From contig NC_091985.1 in assembly GCF_044704955.1 (NCBI RefSeq), forward strand, positions 165,912,001 to 165,976,000: a stretch of DNA of 64,000 bases. Reading direction: 5' to 3'. Of the stretch, positions 24,636 to 34,320 are shown piece after piece (positions within the stretch are counted from its first letter, which is position 1; each line of letters starts with the position of its first letter). The position numbers and the translations under genes were made by a program. The notes beneath the pieces are model-generated. The model searched no databases. It was not told the origin of the DNA and worked only from the letters and a program-made list of their open reading frames with translations. This DNA comes from Pristiophorus japonicus (lineage: Eukaryota).

Positions 24636-27600
24636 GCGTGGAAACCGGATAGGAGGGATTCAAACATGGAATTGCAGCAAAGATGGGCACGGATTTAGGA
24701 GGCAACAAATCATTTAAGGACTTTGGAGAGGAAAGGGAGGTTGGAGATGGGGCAGTAGTTTACAAGGACAGAGGGATCGAGGTTTTTTTTGAGAGGGGTG
24801 ATGACAGCAGATTTGAGGGAGAGGGGGACAGTACCTGAGGAGAATGAACCATTAACAACATCAGCTAACATGGGAGCCAGAAAAGGAAGTTGGGTGGTCA
24901 GCAGTTTGGTGGGAATAGGGTCAAGGGAGCAGGAAGTGGGTCTCATGGACAGAATGAGCTCAGAAAAGTCATGAGGGGAGATTGGAGAGAAACTGGAGAA
25001 AGATGTGAAGTCAGGGCTAGGGCAAGGGGCTTCCTTAGGGGAAGTTTGGCCCGGTGGGCTAGGAGAAGGGAAGAGGCAGAGGCAGCCGAACGCATGGTCT
25101 CAATCATAGCGACGAAGAAGTCCATGAGCTCCTCACTTATTGTCGGAGGTGAGGGTGGAGACTGGGGAGAGGGGTTTAAAAATGATTCTGGAATAGTGAA
25201 CCATTTTGGCAGCAGAGAGCAGGACCCGATAGTGCTTTATGTGGTCCAGCCAGATCTGGCGGTGAATCACTAACCCAGTTGTCCGCCATATCCGTTTAAG
25301 TCTACATCCCTTGGACTTAAGGGAGCGAAGATCAGGGGGAATGGTCAGGGTGAGAGAGAGTAATTGTTTTAACAGGGTCTAGGGCATCAAAGGTGGTGGT
25401 GAGGGTGTGATTGAGCAGATCACTAGCTGCAGAAATGTCAGGGTGAATGGAGGGCCAAAGGCTGGACAGTTGGGAGTTGCTGTGCAGTTGTAAGAGAGTC
25501 GGGCAAGAGTTTGTTCCAGGGGCATGTAGGTTTGGGGGTTTGGAAGGGGGATGTGGGTGGAAAGTGATACGAGGAAGTGGTCAGATAAGGTCAGAGATGG
25601 CCTTATCTGCGATGGACACGATGGGAGTAGCGAGGCCACGAGACATGGCAAGGTCGAGGGGCTGGCCGTGAATATGATTGGGGAGATTAAGGATGAACTC
25701 AGAGCAGAGAGAACATGGTGAATTGAGATGGAGGTTGAAATCACCAAGAATGAGAAGTCGTTCTGTGCAGAGGCAAAGGGAGGAAAGTAGTGAAGAAATA
25801 TCGGTAATAAAATGTTTATGGTACTTGGGTGGGCGGTAGAGAACGGGAATTTCTCATCAATAAATCATCTACCTAGTGTCCTGAGACGTCACTCCTGTTT
25901 TTTTTGTTGTTTTAGCATTTGCCGGATTTGTACCGCCTCCTCTGGTGCCGACTCTGCTCAGGTCCGCGCTTCCTCTCATCCCACTCTATTTATGGTCTGC
26001 CAAGGGCCTCCTCCGGTGCTGACTCCGTTTAGGTCCTGGGATCGGTGGAGGCATACTGTCATTCAATGCAATGATATAAATCTCACCAAAATGCATTATT
26101 GTATGATTTACACATGGTGTCATTGTAATAAAAATTATACGTTTTTCTTCTGGTTCTTCCAAATAGAAAATAGCATTTGCAAAACACTATTTTTTCACGT
26201 TTTACTACGTCAAAGGCGCTATATAAATACAAGTTGTAGCTGTTAATATACTGCCCCTATACTTGAAAGATGCATTTCTATACAGTATTTAACCAGAGTT
26301 TACTAAGAACAGTCACAATTCTTTAAACACAGTGTTTGTTTCCCCTGGTTGGAGTGTCTAGAACTAGGGATCACAGTCGCAGGATAAGGGGAAGACCATT
26401 TATGACAGAGATGAGGAGGAATTTCTTTAGTCAGATGGTTGTGAATCTTTGGAATTCTCTGCCCAAAGGGCTGTGGATGCCGAGTCTCTGAATATATTCA
26501 CGGCTCAATGAACAAAATGTTGAATTATTGTGGGTGGAGATTAGAGATAGTAAGGGGAAAAAGTCACTGGTCGGCGTAGTTTATAGGCCCCCAAATAATA
26601 ACTTCATGGTGGGGCGGGCAATAATCAAGGGAATAATGGAGGCATGTGAAAAAGGAACGGCAGTAGTTATGGGGGATTTTAACCTACATATCGATTGGTC
26701 AAATCAAATCGCAGGGGGTAGCCTGGAGGAGGAATTCATAGAATGCATACGGGATTGTTTCTTAGAACAGTATGTAACAGAGCCTACAAGGGAGCAAGCC
26801 ATTTTGGATCTGGTCCTGTGTAACGAGACAGGAAAAATAAACGATCTCCTCGTAAAAGATCCTCTCGGAATGAGTGATCACAATATGGTTGAATTTGTAA
26901 TACAGATTGAGGATGAGGAAGTTGTGTCAGAAACGAGCGTACTATGCTTAAACAAAGGGGACTACAGTGGGATGAGGGCAGAGTTGGCTAAAGTAGACTG
27001 GAAACAAGGACTAAACGGTGGCACAATTGAGGAACAGTGGAGGACTTTTAAGGAGCTCTTTCATAATGCGCAACAAAAATATATTCCAGTGAAAAAGAAG
27101 GGCGGCAAGAGAAGAGATAACCAGCCGTGGATAACCAAGGAAATTAAGGTAAGTATCAAATCAAAGACCAATGCGTATAAGGTGGCCAAGGTTAGTGGGA
27201 AACTAGAGGATTGGGAATATTTTAAGCAACAGCAAAGAATGACTAAAAAAGCAATAAAGAAAAGGAAGATAGATTACGAAGGTAAACTTGCGCAAAACAT
27301 AAAAACAAATAGTAAAAGCTTTTACAGATATATAAAACGGAAAAGAGTGACTAAAGTAAATGTTGGTCCCTTAGAAGATGAAAAGGGGGATTTAATAATG
27401 GGAAATGTGGAAATGGCTGAGACCTTAAACAATTATTTTGCTTCCGTCTTCACAGTGGAAGACACAAAAACCATGCCAAAAATTGCTGGTCATAGGAATG
27501 TGGGAAGGGAGGACCTTGAGATGATCACTATCACTAGGGAGGTAGTGCTGGACAGACTAATGGGACTGAAGGTAGACAAGTCCCCTGGTCCTGATGAAAT

Positions 27601-28465
27601 GCATCCCAGGGTATTAAAAGAGATGGCGGAAGTTATAGCAGATGCATTTGTTATAATCTACCAAAATTCTCTGGACTCTGGGGAGGTACCAGCGGATTGG
27701 AGAGCAGCTAATGTAACGCCTCTGTTTAAAAAAGGGGGCAGGCAAAAGGCAGGTAACTATAGGCCGGTTAGTTTAACATCTGTAGTGGGGAAAATGCTTG
27801 AAACTATCATTAAGGAAGAAATAGCGGGAAATCTGGATAGGAATAGTGCAATCAAGCAGACGCAGCATGGATTCATGAAAGGGAAATCATGTTTAACTAA
27901 TTCACTGGAATTCTTTGAGGATATAACGAGCATGGTGGATAGAGGTGTACCGATGGATGTGGTGTATTTAGATTCCCAAAAGGCATTCGATAAGGTGCCA
28001 CACAAAAGGTTACTGCAGAAGATAAAGGTACGCGGAGTTAGAGGAAATGTATTAGCATGGATAGAGAATTGGCTGGCGAACAGAAAGCAGAGAGTCGGGA
28101 TAAATGGGTCCTTTTCCGGTTGGAAATCAGTGGTTAGTGGTGTGCCACAGGGATCAGTGCTGGGACCACAACTGTTTACAATATACATAGATGACCTAGA
28201 GGAGGGGACAGAGTGTAGTGCAACAAAATTTGCAGATGACACTAAGATTAGTGGGAAAGCGGGTTCTGTAGAGGGCTCAGAGAGGCTGCAAAGAGATTTA
28301 GATAGGTTAAGCGAATGGGCTAAGGTTTGGCAGATGGAATACAATGTCGGAAAGTGTGAGGTCATCCACCTTGGGAAAAAAAACAGTAAAAGGGAATATT
28401 ATTTGAATGGGGAGAAATTACAACATGCTGTGGTGCAAAGGGACCTGGGAGTCCTTGTGCATGAA

Positions 28466-28987
28466 ACTCTTTTTAGGAGAAAACAAAAAACATTAAACCG
28501 TGCCCCCCGATCTGGGGGAAACACCAACATTTACAAGGCCCTTTTTTTTTGGCACAGAATCAAATTTTTTCTCCAAGTGCCCCCTATAAAAGGGGAGGGG
28601 GACACTAAAAGCACCGGCAATTAAAACAAATTAACTTAAAAACATAAAATCAAATTAAAATTTGGTTGCCGGGCGTGATGATGCACTCCAGTTCCTCCGG
28701 TGCCCACCTCTCGTGGAAGGCCGCGAGCGTACCGGTGGACACCGCGTGCTCCATCTCCAAGGACACCCTGGACCGGATGTATGCGCGGAAGAGAGGCAGG
28801 CAGTCTGGTTGAACGACCCCCTCGACCGCCCGCTGCCTGGACCGGCTGATGGCACCCTTGGCCGTGCCCAGGAGCAGTCCTACGAGGAGGCCCTCGGACC
28901 TACCCGCTCCCCTCCGCACAGGGTGCCCGAAGATCAGGAGTGTGGGACTGAAGTGCAGCCAGAATTTCAGGAGCAGCCCCTTTAAAT
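28466..28987 (-). mobile_element. Tx1-clade LINE 3' fragment (ORF2 C-terminus + 3' UTR) inserted in CR1
   Basis: ORF 28650..28919 (LLVGLLLGTAKGAISRSRQRAVEG...FHERWAP) resembles the Tx1/L1 ORF2 C-terminus; TSD TCCTTGTGCATGAA at 28452-28465 and 28988-29001. Confidence 0.85.
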
Positions 28988-29028
28988 TCCTTGTGCATGA
29001 AACTCTTTTAGGGTTCCTTATGCATGAA

Positions 29029-29411
29029 ACTCTTTTTGGATTTTTAAATTTTTTTAAATTTTTTTTTTATTTTAAATTTTTCGTTGCCAATCTTTCCAAT
29101 TCTTTGTCAAATCACAAACGCCAGAGGTCACCTTGCACACATCAAGGATCACTCTGCGCCAATGCTCTTAGCCAAAAGGCCGAGAGCCACTGCACCGTTC
29201 CTGGAAATACTGCAATACCAGGTTCGTGCCATGGAGGTGGATGGGTCAGGCCCCCCACACACCTCCGTGGAGGTGGATGGGTCAAGCCACCCCACCCACC
29301 TCCTATTTCCAAAAAGCATAGGAGAACCACCTTCCTGATCCAGGGAGAACCACTTTGGGGTCATGGTTACTCCCCTGTCAGGTCAGTTACGCATGATCTT
29401 AGCCAAAAGGC
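29029..29411 (-). mobile_element. U2/U1 snRNA-derived chimeric retroposon (SINEU-like) with A-rich tail
   Basis: Minus strand reads, in order: U2 5' (GCCTTTTGGCTAAGATCA), U1 5' (AACTGACCTGACAGGGGAGTAACCATGAC...), U2 Sm/SLIII-like, U2 3' (ACCTGGTATTGCAGTATTTCCAGGAACGGTGCA), U2 5' again (TCTCGGCCTTTTGGCTAAGA), unique segment, then A-rich tail ending AAAAAGAGT. Confidence 0.85.
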
Positions 29412-30337
29412 AGGAATCCCAAAAGGTTAGTTTGCAGGTGCAGCAGGTAATCAGGAAGGCAAATGGAATGTTGGCCTTCATTGCGAAAGGGATGGAGTAC
29501 AAAAGCAGGGAGGTGTTGCTGCAACTGTATAAGGTATTGGTAAGGCCGCACCTGGAGTACTGCGTGCAGTTTTGGTCACCTTACTTATGGAAGGATATAC
29601 TAGCTTTGGAAGGGGTACAGAGACGATTCACTAGGCTGATTCGAGAAATGAGGGGGTTACCTTATGATGATAGATTGAGTAGACTGGGTCTTTACTCCTT
29701 GGAGTTCAGAAGGATGAGGGGTGATCTTATAGAAACATTTAAAATCATGAAAGGGATAGACAAGATAGAGGCAGAGAGGTTGTTTCCATTGGTGGGGGAG
29801 ACTAGAACTAGGGGTCACAGCCTCAAAATACGGAGGAGCCAATTTAAAATCGAGTTGAGAAAGAATTTCTTCTCCCAGAGGGTTGTGAATCTGTGGAATT
29901 TTCTGTCCAAGGAAGCAGTTGAGGCTAGCTCATTGAATGTTTTCAAGTCAAAGATAGATAGATTTTTAAGCAATAAGGGAATTAAGGGTTACAGGGAGAG
30001 GGCGGGTAAGTGGAGCTGAGTCCACGACCAGATCAGCCACGATCTTATTGAATGGCGGAGCAGGCTCGAGGGGCTAGATGGCCTACTCCTGTTCCTAATT
30101 CTTATGTTCTTATGTTCTCAGATAGATAAAACTCAGAGTTTTTGAGTCTAGGGAAATCAAGGGATATGGGGATCGGGCGTGAAAATGGAGTTGAGGTCGA
30201 TGATCAGCTATGATCTTCTTGAAGGGCGGAGCAGGCTCGAGGGGCCATTGGGCCTACTCCTGCTCCTATTTCTTATCGAACTGTCATGACATTTCAATGA
30301 AATGCCGATATGTTACGCAGAAGGAAGAAAAGACATA

Positions 30338-31038
30338 GTCCTGGAAATTACAGTCGGAGGTGTACCTCCGGAGTACGCCTCCAACCCGCAAAACAGTTCC
30401 AAAGTACCTCCAGGCGCCCAGACTGCGAAGAGTTGCGGTCTCAGGCCTCCAAGTGGATGGCAGTGTAATAGCCCAGAGATCCCAGGGATCCAGACAGTAC
30501 AGAAGAGTCCCTGGAATCATGTGGGCCCAGTCCTCCAGTGACAAAGGAGAATTCCATTGCAATCATTTACAACGCTAATGATATGCAATGGAATCCCCAA
30601 ATAATTATACAATGTACAGAATTCTTCTAATTATACAATGTATTGAATAGCAATTTTATTCATAAGTTCCTTCATTGCAACAACCTCAATAAAAATTTAA
30701 TTTTTTTGCTAAATAATTTAAACATCTTAATCCGGGCCAGTATTTGCATAAACTCATTTAAAGTGTTTGTGTATCATTTTTGATTTTTAAATGTTTTATT
30801 TAAGCCTATACCCTTACGCTGATACAAACATGCCCTACGCCTGCTTTTACCAGCCGTAAGAGTTTTGTGGGCATTTGCTGGGCAGTTGTTGGGCAAATAG
30901 TCCAACTCTGTGCTAGCAATGCTTATTTTTCAGGCGGTTGGCATGATCTGTCAAGGCGCGCGTGCGGAAATCCGGAACTTGCAGGGCTTTTCAAAGGGAA
31001 TACGACGGCGTACTCTGAGAGTAGAAACTAACTGGCCC
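30338..31038. mobile_element. Dispersed non-coding repeat, probable non-autonomous DNA transposon (second copy ~53230-53900)
   Basis: Collinear similarity between the two copies (gtcggagg..cctcc.accgca; AT-rich core; aatccggaacttgc); TIRs degenerate. Confidence 0.55.
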
Positions 31039-31464
31039 TGAAATTGCAGTGTCTGCCATGGCGCTGAATGGTTTCAGGGATGAGGGACTTCAGTTACGTG
31101 GTTAGACTGGAGAAGCTGGGGTTATTCTCCTTCGAGCAGAGAAGGTTGAGAGGTGATTTGGTGATTGGCAGGAGAGCCAAAGGCGACATGAGGAAAAACT
31201 TTTTTATGCAACAAGCGGTTAGGATTGGCAATGCACTGCCTGAAAGGGTGATGGAGGCAGATTCAATCGTTTCTTTCAATCGTGGCTTTCAAAAAGGTAT
31301 TGGATAAATACCTGAAGGAAAAGAAATTGCAGGGCCATGGGGAAAGGAAGGGGGAATGGGACTAGCTGGATTGCTCTTGTAGAAAACCAGCACAGGCGCA
31401 ACGGGACGAATGGCCTCCTTCTGTGCTGACTCTTTTAAATACTGGCAGTTGGCAATTAAAAGTC

Positions 31465-32620
31465 ACAGAATCATAAAAATTTACAGCACAGAAGGAGGCC
31501 ATTTCGGCCCATCGTGTCCGTGCCGGCCAACCAAGAGCTATCCAGCCTAATCCCTCTCTCCAGCTCTTGGTCCATAGCCCTGTAGGTTACAGCACTTTAA
31601 GTGCACATCCAAGTATTTTTTAAATGTGGTGAGTGTTTCTGCCTCGACAACCCTTTCAGGCAGTTTGTTCCAGACCCCCACCACCCTCTGGGTGAAGAAA
31701 CTTCCCCTCATATCTCCTCTATACCTCCCCCAATAACTTTAAATCTATGCCCCCTGGTTGTTGACCCCTCTGTCAAGGGAAACGGGTCCTTCCTATCCAC
31801 TCTATCCAGGCCCCTCATAATTTTATACCCCTCAATCAGGCCACCCCTCAGCCTCCTTTGTTCCAAAGAAAACAGACCCAGTATCTCCAATCTTTCCTCA
31901 TAGCCAAAGTTCTGCAGTCCAGGCAACATTCTTGTAAATCTCCTCTGCACCCTCTCCATCTTTCCTGTAATGTGGTGACGAGAACTGCACGCAATGCGCC
32001 AGCTGCGGCCTAACCAGTGTTTTATACAGTTCAAGTAAAACCTCCTTGCTTTTGTATTCCATGCTTCGACTTATAAAGGCACATATTCCATATGCCTTCT
32101 TAACCACCTTATCTACCTGGCCTGCTACCTTCAGGGATCTGTGGACCTGCACTCCAAGGTCCCTTTGTTCCTCTACACTTTTCAGGGTTGTACCATTTAC
32201 TGTGTACTCCCTTGCCTTGTTAGACGTCCCCAAATGCATTACCTCACACTTATCCGGATTGAATTCCATTTGCCACTGTTCTGCCCACCTGACCAGTACA
32301 TTGATATCTTCCTGCAGTCCGCAGCTTTCTTTTTCATTATCAACCACACAGCCTATTTCAGTGTCATCTGAAAACTTCTTAATCATACCCCCAACATTCA
32401 AGTCTAAGTCATTGATATATACCACAAAAAGAAAGGGGCCAGCACTGAGCCCTGTGGAACCCCACTGGATACAGCCTTCCAGTCACAAAAACACCCATCA
32501 ACCATTACCCTTTGCTTCCTGCCTCTGACTCAATTTTGGATACAACTTGCCACTTTGCCTTGGATCCCATGGGCTTTTACTTTTGTGACCAGTCTGCCAT
32601 GTGGGACTTTATCAAGGCCT
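31465..32620 (-). mobile_element. CR1 RT 3' fragment
   Basis: ORFs 31708 and 31898 (YINDLD, FSDD, YKTLVRPQL). Confidence 0.88.
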
Positions 32621-33760
32621 TGAGCGCGCCAGCGGACACCGTCTGCTCCATCCCCAGGGACACCCGGACGCGAACTTTGCCGTCGAAGAGAGCGAGGCGG
32701 TCGGGCCGAATGACCCCCTTCGACAGTCGGAACGACCCCCTTCGATGACCCCCTTCGACCGGCCCCAACGACCCCCTTCGACTGGCCCGAACTTTGACCG
32801 GCCCGAACTTCGACCGGCCCGAACTTCGACTGGCCCGAACTTCGACCGGCCCGAACGACCCCCTTCGACCGGCCCGAACTTCGACCGGCCCGAACTTCGA
32901 CCGGCCCGAACGACCCCCTTCGACCGGCCTGAACTTCGACCGGCCCGAACTTCGACCGGCCCGAACGACCCCCTTCGACCGGCCTGAACTTCGACTGGCC
33001 CGAACGACCCCCTTCGACCGGCCCGAACTTCGACCGGCCCGAACGACCCCCTTCGACCGGCCTGAACTTCGACCGGCCCGAACTTCGACCGGCCCGAACG
33101 ACCCCCTTCGACCGGCCTGAACTTCGACTGGCCCGAACGACCCCCTTCGACCGGCCCGAACTTCGACCGGCCCGAACGACCCCCTTCGACCGGCCTGAAC
33201 TTCGACTGGCCCGAACGACCCCCTTCGACCGGCCTGAACTTCGACTGGCCCGAACGACCCCCTTCGACCGGCCTGAACTTCGACTGGCCCGAACAACCCC
33301 CTTCGACCGGCCTGAACTTCGACCGGCCTGAACTTCGACCGGCCTGAACAACCCCCTTCGACCAGCCTGAACTTCGACCAGCCTGAACTTCGACCGGCCT
33401 GAACAACCCCCTTCAACCGGCCTGAACTTCGACCGGCCCGAACAACCCCCTTCGACCGGCCTGAACTTCGACCGGCCCGAGCTTCGACCAGCCTGAACTT
33501 CGACCGGCCCGAACAACCCCCTTCGACCGGCCTGAACTTCGACCGGCCCGAACAACTCCCTTCGACCAGCCTGAACTTCGACCGGCCCGAACGACCCCCT
33601 TCGACCGGCCCGAACAACCCCCTTCGACCGGCCCGAACAACCCCCTTCGACCAGCCTGAACGATCCCCTTCGACCGGCGACGGTCCGAACGGCCCCCTTC
33701 GACTGGCCCGCTGCCTGCGACCTGTTGAGGGCCACTTTTGCCGGACCCAGGGCAGTTGGT
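32621..33760 (-). mobile_element. Tx1-clade LINE ORF2 C-terminal remnant hosting the minisatellite
   Basis: Left flank encodes GVIRPDRLALFDGKVRVRVSLGMEQTVSAGAL, matching GVVQPDCLPLFRAYIRSRVSLEMEHAVSTGTL at 28650..28919. The right flank (ggcccgctgcctgcgacctgttgagggccacttttgccggacccagggcag) aligns to 28828-28878. Confidence 0.8.
32707..33710. repeat. CpG-rich composite minisatellite (16-bp CGACCGGCCCGAACTT and 23-bp CGACCGGCCCGAACGACCCCCTT units)
   Basis: Directly visible tandem units with C/T and G/A variants; explains the overlapping repetitive ORFs 32530-34403. Confidence 0.95.
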
Positions 33761-33779
33761 TAGGTGTCCACAGCCGCTC

Positions 33780-34320
33780 TGTGATTGGACAGCCAAGCAG
33801 GTGGCGGTTGTCAATGGAAAACCGAAGTACGCGCCATTTGGCGCGCGCGCACAATGACGTCGCCACGCCGCCGACGCTCAAAACCCGAGGCACGCAAAAC
33901 TGCACGTCGCCGCGTCGGTGTTTGGCGGAGGCAGCACGCGCGTGCGCCGTGACCTTTCCCCCCTCTCTCCCACTGCGTGCTGGCGGCCCGGGCAAAGGGA
34001 GCGAGAGGCGATGGCGAGCTCGGGGAGGAAGCGCATGCTGAAGGATGAGGACATCTCCAAGGTGGAGTTCGAGACCAGCGAGGAGGTGGACGTCACCCCC
34101 ACCTTCGACACCATGGGGCTGCGGGAGGACCTGCTGCGGGGCATCTACGCGTACGGTGAGTGCGGGCCGGCCCGGGCCTAGATAGAAAGGAGGCCTCCCG
34201 CTCTCGCCGGCCGCTCCTCCGCTGGGCGCACGCCGGGGGCTGGCGGCCCGAGGGTGCCGAGGAGAGGGGGAAACAGGGGAGTTGAAAGCCGGGGCTCCCG
34301 GCCTGTACCTGGCGCCGTCA
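33780..34320 (+). promoter_or_regulatory. eIF4A3 CpG-island promoter / 5' region
   Basis: High CpG density; inverted CCAAT (ATTGG 33784), YY1-like CGCCATTT (~33832), CRE-like TGACGTCG (33855), GCGC runs; no obvious TATA box. Confidence 0.75.
34011..34155 (+). CDS. EIF4A3: eIF4A3 exon 1 ([10 protein letters not shown]...RGIYAY-G)
   Basis: ATG in gcgATGG context; donor G|gtgagt. Confidence 0.96.

Larger units (their letters stand above)
20490..25850 (-). mobile_element. L2 LINE (degraded) interrupted by a CR1 and a solo LTR
   Basis: [41 protein letters not shown] peptides; L2 3' end acaacaataacttgtatttatatagcgcc. Confidence 0.88.
26505..30118 (+). mobile_element. CR1 LINE (TTCTTATG-tail subfamily) split by Tx1/SINEU insertions
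   Basis: ORF 26528..28624 (APE/RT, FADD) resumes in 29363..30019; nested in an older CR1 3' fragment (26330-26505 and 30119-30275). Confidence 0.92.

Noticed and set aside
29166-29411. Functional U1 or U2 snRNA gene
   Set aside because: Pieces are partial and permuted, the U2 branch-point recognition region is absent, U1 ACTTACCTG is altered to ACTGACCTG, and it has an A-rich tail and TSD context.
32707-33710. CRISPR-like or retron/RT-associated repeat array next to reverse transcriptases
   Set aside because: No unique spacers, eukaryotic context, and the neighbouring RTs are ordinary CR1 LINEs.
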